This document shows positions 19,540 to 28,903 of a stretch of DNA of 44,569 nucleotides, one piece after another. The translations under genes and the position numbers were made by a program. The stretch is from the NCBI GenBank assembly GCA_002869405.1, contig PKSY01000107.1, positions 1 to 44,569 on the forward strand, written 5' to 3'. Every line of letters begins with the position of its first letter. Within the stretch, counting starts at the first letter, position 1. This DNA is from Marinilabiliales bacterium. Its GTDB lineage: Bacteria > Bacteroidota > Bacteroidia > Bacteroidales > BM520. The notes under the pieces were generated by a model that worked only from the letters and a program-made list of their open reading frames with translations, did not search any database and was not told the DNA's origin.

Positions 19540-20569
19540 TTCAAAAATAGAGAGTATAGGTGCATTCTATCCTGAGAAGAGTGTATCTACTGATGCGCTG
19601 TTAAGCAGGCTTAAAATAAAGAGAAAGCCGAAGTTGGAATTGCTCACCGGCATTCACTCGAGGCATGTTTGCGAAGAAAAGGAGGATTCGCTCTCTCTGG
19701 CAATCAAAGCTGCAGAAAGTTGTTTGAAGCATTCAAAATACGAGGCTAAAGAAATTGAAATGATCATTAACTGCTCTATATCAAGGTATGTCAATGGTAC
19801 GAAATATTATTTTGAGCCTTCGCTTTCGCTGATGATAAAGAAGACACTTGGCAATAAGAAGGCACAGGTTTTCGATATTTCCAATGCCTGTGCGGGTATG
19901 ATTACAGGTGCGTTGCTGGCAAACTCATTTATCAGACAGGGAGTGGTAAAAAACTGTCTTGTTATAAGTGGTGAGAATATCACTAACATCGCTGATAATG
20001 CAATACGTCATATTGACTCCACATCACACCCGGAAATGGCTTCATTAACAGTGGGAGATGCAGGTGCAGCAGTAATTTTCGAACAGGCAAAATCAAAAAC
20101 AGAGGAAATTGATATTATCTCGATGCAAACGCTTAGTGAATATTCTGACCTGTGCATGGGATATCAATGTACCGATTTCCCGGGTGCATATATGTGTACT
20201 GATATGAAAACTATTCATGATGTATCGCTGGAGCGGTCGCCTGAAATTATAAAAAACAACCTTAAAGAAGCTCTCCTCTCCTATTCCGATATTGATTATC
20301 TTATTCCGCACCAAACCGCAAAACGCTCTATTCAATCCGGTGAAAAGATCTTTCAGGAATTCTTTGGTGCATCACCAAAAGTCATTGATAATCTGTATGA
20401 TAATGGCAACACTGCCTCCACAACACACTTTACCACATTATATAAATATCTTAACAAAGGGCTATTTAAAACGAACGATAGAGTAATGCTGCTAAGTTAT
20501 GCTTCAGGGTTGGTTATCGGAGCACTTATTTTCACTATTAACGACCTTAATAAAAGATATGAACTCTAA
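19529..20569 (+). CDS. oleA: OleA-like thiolase-fold condensing enzyme (KAS III/FabH superfamily), catalytic subunit
   Basis: The likely start is ATG 19529 (MTYNSKIESIG), overlapping the hydrolase stop by 11 nt. Cys block FDISNACAGM, His block IPHQTAKRS, Asn block NGNTASTT. It also has the YFEPSLS (Glu-Pro) block I associate with OleA. Confidence 0.75.
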   Translation: MTYNSKIESIGAFYPEKSVSTDALLSRLKIKRKPKLELLTGIHSRHVCEEKEDSLSLAIKAAESCLKHSKYEAKEIEMIINCSISRYVNGTKYYFEPSLSLMIKKTLGNKKAQVFDISNACAGMITGALLANSFIRQGVVKNCLVISGENITNIADNAIRHIDSTSHPEMASLTVGDAGAAVIFEQAKSKTEEIDIISMQTLSEYSDLCMGYQCTDFPGAYMCTDMKTIHDVSLERSPEIIKNNLKEALLSYSDIDYLIPHQTAKRSIQSGEKIFQEFFGASPKVIDNLYDNGNTASTTHFTTLYKYLNKGLFKTNDRVMLLSYASGLVIGALIFTINDLNKRYEL

Positions 20570-21383
20570 AATAGAAGCATATTCCATTGTGAATGGCGAG
20601 GTAAATTCAACATTAATTGACCTTCTTGCTAAAGCCGCAAAACAATGCTTAATAAAATCAGGAATAACAATCAATGACGTTGATCTCATCATCAACAGCT
20701 CCATATACTCGGAGGATTACATCAGTGAACCGGCTGTAGCTTCTTTAGTGCAAAACAGACTCAACAATGGTACTGCAGCAAACAAACAGTTCTCATTTGA
20801 TCTGCAAAGCGGTGGTGGCGGAGTAATTCAGGCAATGCAAATTGCTGATACTATGATAAAAAATGGGAATATTGCTACTGCACTTCTTGTAGCCGGCGAT
20901 GTACAACCTAAAAAAGGAGATACGGGAGAATTTAAGGTAAATAATGGCGCCGGTGCAATTATTATAACCGCTACGGAAGAAGATTGTGGCTTTATAAAAT
21001 TCCACTTCGAAACATATGAAGAGTTTTTGGAAATGGACAACAGGTTTTTGAGCTGGGAAAAGAGCGGAGTAGTATTCAATCACCAGAAAAGTGAAGAATA
21101 CTCACCATTATGTTCAGATCTGATTATCCAATCCATTGCAAAAAGTGGAATAGAGATAAAGGCTGACAGCATGGGATTTGTATTCTCTCAATTTCCTGAA
21201 GATATTAGCATAATAGCATCGAATCAATTGAATATAAAGGTCAACACTATAAATCATGCACCTCTATATTCAGCCGGTATTATTCAATCATTATTAGCAA
21301 ATGATAATAAGAAAGAAATACTTTTTGTAAATGCAGGTCCGGGGATATCTATCTCCGTTGCACATTATAAAAACATTTCATGA
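20559..21383 (+). CDS. Thiolase-fold OleA-like partner lacking the Cys-His-Asn triad (probable non-catalytic heterodimer subunit)
   Basis: The likely start is ATG 20559 (MNSKIEAY), an 11-nt overlap with the upstream stop. It reads FDLQSGGGGV where the Cys block should be, SQFPEDI in place of the His block, and HAPLYSAG in place of the Asn block. It retains ISEPAVAS (Glu-Pro). Confidence 0.65.
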   Translation: MNSKIEAYSIVNGEVNSTLIDLLAKAAKQCLIKSGITINDVDLIINSSIYSEDYISEPAVASLVQNRLNNGTAANKQFSFDLQSGGGGVIQAMQIADTMIKNGNIATALLVAGDVQPKKGDTGEFKVNNGAGAIIITATEEDCGFIKFHFETYEEFLEMDNRFLSWEKSGVVFNHQKSEEYSPLCSDLIIQSIAKSGIEIKADSMGFVFSQFPEDISIIASNQLNIKVNTINHAPLYSAGIIQSLLANDNKKEILFVNAGPGISISVAHYKNIS

Positions 21384-22987
21384 ATCTGACAGAGAATATA
21401 TACTCTATTGCAACAGAGACACCAAATCGGAAACTCTTTGTGGACAGAAATAACCTGACCTACTGTGAGTTCTGTAATATTGTTGATGGATATGGAGCAT
21501 ACTTTTACCACAAAGGCATCAAAGCCCGCACGCGGTGTATTGTACTAATCGCACCCTCTGTAAATATGTTTGCGGTGTCTTTTGCACTTTTCAGAATGGG
21601 CGCCATACCGGTAATGATAGACTCTGGAATGGGTGTTGGGCCAATGGTAAAGGCGCTGGATAAGTCAGAAGCAGAATTTGTAATTGCGATGCCTAAGGCG
21701 ATGCTCATAAAGGTTCTTTTTCCTCATAAATTAAAGACTGTACAGCGCTGGGTTACGGTTTGCAATAAACATAACGGAAAGGTTGATATCGCTTCGTTTC
21801 ATAAACTAAAAAAATCGGGCGACTATCCAATTTATGAACCAAAACCGAATAATCTTTCGGCGATCTTTTTCACCAGTGGAAGTACGGGAGCGGCAAAAGG
21901 CGTAAAATACAGACAATCACAACTGGAGAGTCAGTTAAAAATTCTAAAAGAGCAATTTCATTATACACATGGTGAGCGTGATCTTTGTACTTTTCCTCTC
22001 ATAGGATTCTTTGCCATAAGTCTTGGTCTGTCAGTGGCGCTGGCAAGGATGGATATGACAAATCCGGCAACACTAAACCCAAAAAGGATTATAAAAGATC
22101 TGAATAAAAACGAATGTACATTGATGTTTTGTTCTCCCATGGTGCTCCGAAAGCTCACGCTGTTTGTGGAGAAAAAAGATATCCATATAAAAAGCCTGCG
22201 GCACCTTCATCTTGCAGGTGCTGCAGTAGATCCGGATTTGGTGAAACGATTCAAAAAGCACCTTCCTGACAACGCACAAATAAACACACCCTATGGCGCA
22301 ACGGAAGCACTGCCGGTTGCAACAATAAACGATAAAGAACTTGCAATATCATCACAAATATCAATTGGCAAAGGCGTTTGTGTGGGAAAACCCATTAAAG
22401 GCATTGAGATAAAAATTATTCCTGTTGATGATAACCCCATTATTAACATCAACAAGACCAGAGACTTGAAGCACAACGAGGTTGGAGAGGTTATGGTGTT
22501 GGGCGATAATGTTACACAGGAATACCTCGCAAACTCAAAAGCCGAAGAATTATCAAAGGTGTTTGATAATGAAACCGGAAAATTCTGGCATCGTATGGGG
22601 GATTTAGGTTATCGGGATGAAAATAAGTTTATTTGGATTGTGGGAAGGAAAAATCATCGTGTTGAGACCAATGACCGCACCTTTTACACACTTCCTGTTG
22701 AACAGATTTTTAATACACATAAAGATATTGAAAGAAGCGCTTTGGTGGGTGTAATGTTAAATAAGAACACAATACCGATAATTTGTTGTGAACTGAAGAA
22801 GGGGCATCGTAGAAAGCAAAAAATAAAAGAAGAGCTGCGGAAGTTGGCAGGAGAATACGCGGAAACAAATGGGATAACCAAAATTCTGTTTCACAAGAAA
22901 CTACCTGTGGATTCACGTCATAACGCAAAAATTTTCAGAGAAAAACTTACAGTATGGGCACAGCAAAAGGCAAAAAGGTACTGGTAA
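21380..22987 (+). CDS. oleC: OleC-like AMP-dependent synthetase (beta-lactone synthetase family)
   Basis: 535 aa with an ATGA overlap onto the previous gene. Adenylation motifs FFTSGSTGAAKGV, PYGATEALPV and MGDLGYRDENKFIWIVGRKNHRVET. The block PVEQIFNTHKDIERSALVGV is as I recall for OleC-type enzymes. Confidence 0.75.
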   Translation: MNLTENIYSIATETPNRKLFVDRNNLTYCEFCNIVDGYGAYFYHKGIKARTRCIVLIAPSVNMFAVSFALFRMGAIPVMIDSGMGVGPMVKALDKSEAEFVIAMPKAMLIKVLFPHKLKTVQRWVTVCNKHNGKVDIASFHKLKKSGDYPIYEPKPNNLSAIFFTSGSTGAAKGVKYRQSQLESQLKILKEQFHYTHGERDLCTFPLIGFFAISLGLSVALARMDMTNPATLNPKRIIKDLNKNECTLMFCSPMVLRKLTLFVEKKDIHIKSLRHLHLAGAAVDPDLVKRFKKHLPDNAQINTPYGATEALPVATINDKELAISSQISIGKGVCVGKPIKGIEIKIIPVDDNPIININKTRDLKHNEVGEVMVLGDNVTQEYLANSKAEELSKVFDNETGKFWHRMGDLGYRDENKFIWIVGRKNHRVETNDRTFYTLPVEQIFNTHKDIERSALVGVMLNKNTIPIICCELKKGHRRKQKIKEELRKLAGEYAETNGITKILFHKKLPVDSRHNAKIFREKLTVWAQQKAKRYW

Positions 22988-23925
22988 CCGGCGGTGGTGG
23001 TTTTGTTGGACTGGCGCTTGTAAAAAGGCTTGTCCGAGAAGGATTTGAAGTCACCTCGTTTTCAAGAAAAAGATATAGTGTTCATCAGGAATTGGGAATT
23101 AATACGGTTATTGGTGATATCACTGATGCCCATGTAGTGAAAAAAGCATGTAAAGGAGTGGACGTAGTATTTCACACGGCTGCAAAAGTTGAAATGTGGG
23201 GCAGGTATAAAAATTTTTATGATGTAAATGTCGTTGGAACAGAGAATATCATCGAGGCTTGTATCGAGAATGAAGTGCCACATCTTGTCTTTACCAGCAG
23301 CGCAAGCGTAGTGTTTGATGGGAATGATATTGAAGGTAAAGATGAGACATTACCCTATCCCGATAAAGGAGAGTCGCATTATGCACACACAAAGATGCTG
23401 GCAGAGCAACGTGTGGTTCAGGCTTCAGGCGAAAAACTTAAAACCATTTCGCTAAGACCACATTTGATCTATGGCCCCGGTGACACGCAACTGGTGCCCA
23501 GGATAATCGAAAAGGCTAAAAGTGGCAGAATCCGGCGCATCGGGAAAAAGCAATGCCTGATTGATACTACGCACATCGACAACTTCACGGAAGCACAGAT
23601 GCAAGCCTATGAAAAGCTTGTCAGCGGATCAGGTGTTTCAGGGAAAGCATATTTTATCACTAACGGGCAACCCATTGAAACGTGGGAATTTATTAATGGC
23701 ATACTTAAAGAAAACAACCTCACCCCGGTTCAGCGTACTGTTCCAAAATGGCTGGCACTAACAGTTGCGGCATTGTTCGAAATAACCTGCCGAATAACAG
23801 GAAGACCTCCACTACTAACACAATTTCTTGTGAAAGAGATGAGTACAAGTCATTGGTTTGATATAAGTGCGGCCAAACGGGATTTACAACTCCTCCACCA
23901 GCCTGTTCAAAACCGAAACCAGTGA
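22954..23925 (+). CDS. oleD: OleD-like NAD(P)-dependent reductase (3-beta-HSD/extended SDR family), C-terminus probably non-native
   Basis: 323 aa with a 34-nt overlap onto oleC. Rossmann motif VLVTGGGGFVGLAL and catalytic YAHTKMLAE (YxxxK). The last 12 codons read antisense through the 3' end of the convergent M14 gene. Confidence 0.75.
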   Translation: MGTAKGKKVLVTGGGGFVGLALVKRLVREGFEVTSFSRKRYSVHQELGINTVIGDITDAHVVKKACKGVDVVFHTAAKVEMWGRYKNFYDVNVVGTENIIEACIENEVPHLVFTSSASVVFDGNDIEGKDETLPYPDKGESHYAHTKMLAEQRVVQASGEKLKTISLRPHLIYGPGDTQLVPRIIEKAKSGRIRRIGKKQCLIDTTHIDNFTEAQMQAYEKLVSGSGVSGKAYFITNGQPIETWEFINGILKENNLTPVQRTVPKWLALTVAALFEITCRITGRPPLLTQFLVKEMSTSHWFDISAAKRDLQLLHQPVQNRNQ

Positions 23926-25020
23926 AGCCCCAAGTTTTATGGAGCGCTCCGGTGACCAGCCAAAGACAGCGTCAGGTATATTATCATTTTGTTTGAATGG
24001 CATCTCCAGTGTCTGGCTCAGGCATTTAAACTCCTCGCCTATTGCTTTTGAGCAGATATTCAGATTGGCTTTCCCCGGTTCATTCTTCGGGTAACCATGC
24101 ACATCCTGCATATCCGGATTCACCGATTTCCAGGTCTCCATGAAAAAGTCGGTAAGGTGTTTGAGGCGATCATCGAAAGATGGTATGCCTTCGATTCCTG
24201 AGATGAAGTTATAAGGCAATCCTTCATCGCCATGCACATCAAGCATAAAGTCCATACCTGTCTCCTGCATTTTTTTCTTCACGTAATAAACTTCAGGGCT
24301 GTTTTCAATGCTCGGATTACCCCATTCACGGTTCAGATTGATTCCTTTGGCATTCACCCTAAGGTTACCCAGAATACTTCCATCGGGGTTCATATTGGGA
24401 ACCATAAACAGGTTCGCCTTTTCAAGGAGCGCAATAGAAACAGGATCTTCATCGTCGAGGAGTCTGTCGATGAGACCAGACATAAAATATTCGGCCATAC
24501 TTTCACCGGGGTGTTGGCGGGCGATAACCCACAATTTCTTCTTGTCGGGATCATCATCGCCGATTCGCAGAAAATCGACTGGGCGACCTTGCAATGTTTT
24601 ACCTATTGCTTCGAGAGAACATAACGGTGATAAATTAGCACTGTCCACCAGGTCAAGGTGTTGTTCGTAAGAGAATGGGGCAAAGTATGCGATGTATAGC
24701 GAATCGAATTCGGGAGTGATTTCAAACTTCAGAACACCATCTTCATAGTTTGTAGGAATGGTAAACCATGTGAGGCGATCGTAGGAAGCACGCGCCTGAT
24801 AGTTATCCCAACCCTCGGGATATGCGGCATCGCCGGCATTCACAATACGCATGGTGCAGGCTGTATCTTTAGCACCCTGTACCCGGAAATAAAACCATTG
24901 CAAAAAATCTGAGTTGGTATCTTTCTCGATTTTCAACTGAATATCAGATGGATTTTCAGCATTAACTACTTCTATGTTTCCCGCATCAAAAGCGGAGGAT
25001 ATGTGTAAATTCATAAGCAC
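23884..25020 (-). CDS. M14 family zinc carboxypeptidase with cytosolic-carboxypeptidase-type N-terminal beta-sandwich domain
   Basis: 378 aa. Zinc ligand blocks ARQHPGESMAEY (HxxE) and MLDVHGDE. No signal peptide. Confidence 0.85.
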   Translation of the reverse strand: MLMNLHISSAFDAGNIEVVNAENPSDIQLKIEKDTNSDFLQWFYFRVQGAKDTACTMRIVNAGDAAYPEGWDNYQARASYDRLTWFTIPTNYEDGVLKFEITPEFDSLYIAYFAPFSYEQHLDLVDSANLSPLCSLEAIGKTLQGRPVDFLRIGDDDPDKKKLWVIARQHPGESMAEYFMSGLIDRLLDDEDPVSIALLEKANLFMVPNMNPDGSILGNLRVNAKGINLNREWGNPSIENSPEVYYVKKKMQETGMDFMLDVHGDEGLPYNFISGIEGIPSFDDRLKHLTDFFMETWKSVNPDMQDVHGYPKNEPGKANLNICSKAIGEEFKCLSQTLEMPFKQNDNIPDAVFGWSPERSIKLGASLVSVLNRLVEEL

Positions 25021-25040
25021 AATATGTAATCAAAAGATGG

Positions 25041-26018
25041 TTAATACCCTAAGAGGTATGCAAAGATCAGAGGGGCAACAATGGTAGCATCGGATTCAAC
25101 AATAAATTTCGGTGTATTTTCATCCAGTTTACCCCAGGTAATTTTTTCATTGGGCACAGCACCGGAATAGGAACCATAGCTGGTTGTAGAATCTGAAATC
25201 TGACAAAAGTAGCTCCAGAACGGAGTATCTGTTCTTTCAAGATCCTGATATAGCATAGGTACAACACAGATAGGAAAATCTCCGGCTATTCCTCCGCCAA
25301 TCTGAAAAAAGCCGATTCCGTTGTCTTTGGTATTTTCTGTGTACCAATCAGCCAGAAATGTCATATATTCTATACCGGATTTCATTGTTGAAGGCTTTAA
25401 TTCACCTTTAATACAATAGGATGCGAAAATATTTCCCATGGTAGAGTCTTCCCAGCCTGGTACAACGATTGGAAGGTTCTTCTCTGCGGCGGCAAGCATC
25501 CAGCTGTTCCTGGGGTCAGCTTCATAATACTGCTCCAAAACGCCTGACAGCAGCATCTTATACATATATTCATGGGGGAAGAAACGCTCACCATTAGCTT
25601 CAGCCTGATTCCAGATTTCAAAAATATGTTGTTGTAATCTTCTGAAGGCCTCCTCTTCAGGAATACAGGTATCAGTAACGCGATTCAATCCACTGTCGAG
25701 TAATTCACGTTCCTGCAGTGGGGTCAGATCGCGGTATTCAGGAACCCTTTTATAATGATTATGGGCAACAAGATTCATTATATCTTCTTCTAGGTTAGCA
25801 CCTGTACATGAGATAATTGCAACTTTGTCCTGACGAATCATTTCGGCCAGCGACCGTCCAAGCTCAGCAGTACTCATAGCGCCGGCAAGCGTAATCATCA
25901 TTTTATTTCCCTGTTCAAGCTGTGCTTCATAACCTTTGGCAGCATCAACAAGACTTGCTGCATTAAAATGCCTGAAATGCTCAAGCATAAAGGCTGTTAT
26001 TTCACCCTTCTTTTCCAT
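25041..26018 (-). CDS. Deoxyhypusine synthase family protein (homospermidine-synthase-like)
   Basis: 325 aa. The blocks MITLAGAMSTAELGRSLAEMIRQDKVAIISCTGANLEEDIMNLVAH and QIGGGIAGDF match bacterial DHS-like proteins as I remember them. Confidence 0.75.
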   Translation of the reverse strand: MEKKGEITAFMLEHFRHFNAASLVDAAKGYEAQLEQGNKMMITLAGAMSTAELGRSLAEMIRQDKVAIISCTGANLEEDIMNLVAHNHYKRVPEYRDLTPLQERELLDSGLNRVTDTCIPEEEAFRRLQQHIFEIWNQAEANGERFFPHEYMYKMLLSGVLEQYYEADPRNSWMLAAAEKNLPIVVPGWEDSTMGNIFASYCIKGELKPSTMKSGIEYMTFLADWYTENTKDNGIGFFQIGGGIAGDFPICVVPMLYQDLERTDTPFWSYFCQISDSTTSYGSYSGAVPNEKITWGKLDENTPKFIVESDATIVAPLIFAYLLGY

Positions 26019-26308
26019 AATATTATAATGTATAAATAGTTAAAACCTGTTCACAATCGAAAAACGGATATTGATTCCAAAAATCAAAAATACGTATAAA
26101 TTAAATATCAAAGTAGAATGATCAAAATATGTGCTGAATCAGAAAAAACCGGAATTATGACCGAATTATTTTTTGATAATCAAGGTCTGTCCTCAGTTAT
26201 TGTTGATTTCAAAATCGCTTTGACACGCCGTTGTCAGGCAAAGCAAATGTATGGTAGGACTTTCACGCTGAAGCATGGTGCAGTTACGGATTGATTTTGA
26301 CGGAAAGT

Positions 26309-26917
26309 CTAATGATTAATATGATAATCGACTAACTCCTTTTTATATATCGTATCCATAGTCGTGGTATCAACAATACACCAAAAAGTTAGACCAACAC
26401 CCTTTACATACTTCTGAAAGGAAATATTGAACCGCTCAAAACATTCTGATCCCCAATGGCTTGTAAGGATAAGAATTTCTTCATTATCTTCAATAAACTT
26501 ACCTTTTACAAGAACATACTCACTGCCATCACCCATACGTTTATCGAAAAAACCTCTTTCGAATTCAAAACCTATCTCTTCGGACAATATAGGCCATGGA
26601 ATATAAAAATTACCAAATGGAGAGTCAATATGTTCAATAAACTCATATCCATAAATAGGGTTACCATTCAGAAATGGTACTTTTACAGTTTCTGACATGG
26701 CAGTGTCACCATCACGGCCAACTTTATAGGAGTGTTCCATATAATTATCGCTCACACGATCAAAAACAGTAAGCGTATCATTTTCAAGATATTGCCACCA
26801 CGAGCCAGGGTATACAGGGTAAAAATCTTTAGGATAGATGGTTTCTGGTATATGCTCTTTTTCGCACGATAAAACGAGTATTAAAAAAATCACAAAAACA
26901 GAGATTAATCTTTTCAT
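26309..26917 (-). CDS. Hypothetical lipoprotein
   Basis: The likely start is ATG 26917 (MKRLISVFVIFLILVLSCEKE, lipobox). I recognised no family motif. Confidence 0.5.
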   Translation of the reverse strand: MKRLISVFVIFLILVLSCEKEHIPETIYPKDFYPVYPGSWWQYLENDTLTVFDRVSDNYMEHSYKVGRDGDTAMSETVKVPFLNGNPIYGYEFIEHIDSPFGNFYIPWPILSEEIGFEFERGFFDKRMGDGSEYVLVKGKFIEDNEEILILTSHWGSECFERFNISFQKYVKGVGLTFWCIVDTTTMDTIYKKELVDYHINH

Positions 26918-26988
26918 TACAGCTAATATTAGGAATTGAGTGGACTGTCGCCATATATAATGCAAATATATCAAATAAAATCAAGAAA

Positions 26989-27957
26989 TCAATATAAACC
27001 AATATTCTTTCTTACCATGTCAAGCATATGAGAAAGCGCCAGACTATCGTGCAATGGTAGTTTTACACTCTCTGTTTTTCCCTCCATAAGACAACCATTA
27101 ACCTCTTCTATTTCAAAGAGGTAACCAAAATTATTGTAATCCAAAACTATCTCTTTTTTCTGTCTATTCATCTCGATAGTAATTATCTTACTATGATGAA
27201 AACGAGTGTGCAGTTTGATGTATCCATTGGTACCAGTAATTATGGCTTCAGTAGGCGTTTCTTCTTCCAGTGTTGAAAGCAAATTGGCGCGGCATTCGTT
27301 TTTATAAGTTAAATCCATCCTACAGGAGCTGTCAACCCCAGTGACGGTCAGTTTTGCCGTAGCCTTTATCGAATCAGGTTTTCCCGATACAAGCAAAGCC
27401 AGATAGAGTGGATAGATACCAATATCCATTAAGGATCCACCGCCCAGGGCTTTATTAAACAGACGGTGATTCCTGTCAAAGGGAGGATTAAAGCCAAAAT
27501 CAGCCTTGATATTAATGATGGTACCAATCGCATTATCGGCTAAAAGATCCAGCACCTTTTCAGTGGCAGGGATAAAACGTGTCCAAAGGCCTTCCATAAG
27601 AAACAGCTTTCGCTTTTGAGCTTCGGCAATCATCGTTTGTACTTCCAGTGGCGTCATTCCCATAGGTTTCTCACATAACACAGATTTACCATTTTTCAGG
27701 CAAAGCATCGTATGCTCAAAATGAAAAGCATGCGGAGTAGCAACATATACCACATCAACATCTGAATCCATGGCAAGAGATTCATAATCAGAATAAAACG
27801 TTGAGGCTTTGTATTGATCGGCAAAAGATTTTGCTTTATCAGCATCTCTGGAAGCAACAGCATGGAGAGTACCATTTTCAGACAACAAAAGATCAGCAGC
27901 AAATTTCCGTGCGATATGTCCGGGCCCGATAATACCCCATTTGACTTTGTTATTCAT
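26989..27957 (-). CDS. Gfo/Idh/MocA family oxidoreductase
   Basis: 322 aa. N-terminal Rossmann block KWGIIGPGHIARKF and the EKP motif (VLCEKPMG). Confidence 0.9.
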   Translation of the reverse strand: MNNKVKWGIIGPGHIARKFAADLLLSENGTLHAVASRDADKAKSFADQYKASTFYSDYESLAMDSDVDVVYVATPHAFHFEHTMLCLKNGKSVLCEKPMGMTPLEVQTMIAEAQKRKLFLMEGLWTRFIPATEKVLDLLADNAIGTIINIKADFGFNPPFDRNHRLFNKALGGGSLMDIGIYPLYLALLVSGKPDSIKATAKLTVTGVDSSCRMDLTYKNECRANLLSTLEEETPTEAIITGTNGYIKLHTRFHHSKIITIEMNRQKKEIVLDYNNFGYLFEIEEVNGCLMEGKTESVKLPLHDSLALSHMLDMVRKNIGLY

Positions 27958-27966
27958 ATTTTTCTT

Positions 27967-28755
27967 TTAGGAATTTTCATTTTTTGAACCGGCATCTTTT
28001 AATGCTGCCATCACCTCCTTTTTATAACTTCTTCCAATATTCAGGGATATATTGGCAAGATCGACTTCATTGTAAGAGAATGACCGAACCTGATCTTTAT
28101 TAACAATAAAAGAACGATGAATGCGAAGAAAAAGCTCTGGCAACCGCGAAGAGATACTACTGATTTTTTCCTTGCAAACGTAATGATCGTTCAGGGTATT
28201 TACCTTCACATAATCCGACAGACTTTCAATAAAAATAATCTGGTCGTACGGAATCTTTACTGTTTTACGGTTGGATGTTATTTCCAGAAATCCGGTTTTC
28301 ATCTTTGCATTTTCTTCCTCAAGTTTAAGTATCTGCTCCTGCTTCTCACGAATCTGTAATATCATCAACAAAAAAGAGCCAATAAAAACAAGAAGATAGA
28401 GAATTACGCCCATCAGAAGAAGATCTGTGGCGTGAGGACTCATCCTGTCATATCCAAAGTTTGCAATATAGATAAATGAAAACAGGAGCACCAGTGTTTC
28501 AAGATATAAGGACGCTATCAGCGTATAAACAGTATAGAGGGCAAAACGAAGATAACGCTTCCTTAGAAAGAAATTAGGAACGAGAAAATAGTTAAAAAAA
28601 TATGAGGTGCCGAGCACAATTGGCAATAGCATAGTAATAAAATAAAATGCTGACATGTTATCACCCCATGAGAGTCCGAATACAAGAGTCAGGACTATTA
28701 TCACCAAAATCCAGTAGGCAATATGATAATAAAGGTTGTTTGATTTCAGTTTCAT
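27967..28755 (-). CDS. Membrane-anchored LytTR-domain DNA-binding protein
   Basis: 262 aa. About 4 N-terminal TM helices, a coiled linker, then a LytTR domain (IPYDQIIFIESLSDYVKVNT...RIHRSFIVNKDQV). There is no receiver domain. Confidence 0.8.
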   Translation of the reverse strand: MKLKSNNLYYHIAYWILVIIVLTLVFGLSWGDNMSAFYFITMLLPIVLGTSYFFNYFLVPNFFLRKRYLRFALYTVYTLIASLYLETLVLLFSFIYIANFGYDRMSPHATDLLLMGVILYLLVFIGSFLLMILQIREKQEQILKLEEENAKMKTGFLEITSNRKTVKIPYDQIIFIESLSDYVKVNTLNDHYVCKEKISSISSRLPELFLRIHRSFIVNKDQVRSFSYNEVDLANISLNIGRSYKKEVMAALKDAGSKNENS

Positions 28756-28903
28756 AATCGAAATTTTCCTCTAAATTAGTGATATGCATTAATACAGCAA
28801 GTTAGTATCGGTAAACAACCGTTTAATAATCGGATACGACCTTGAAAAAAGCTGGTTGCAGCAGTAATTTAGCCAAAGTATTAATCATAAAAATTATAAT
28901 GTT

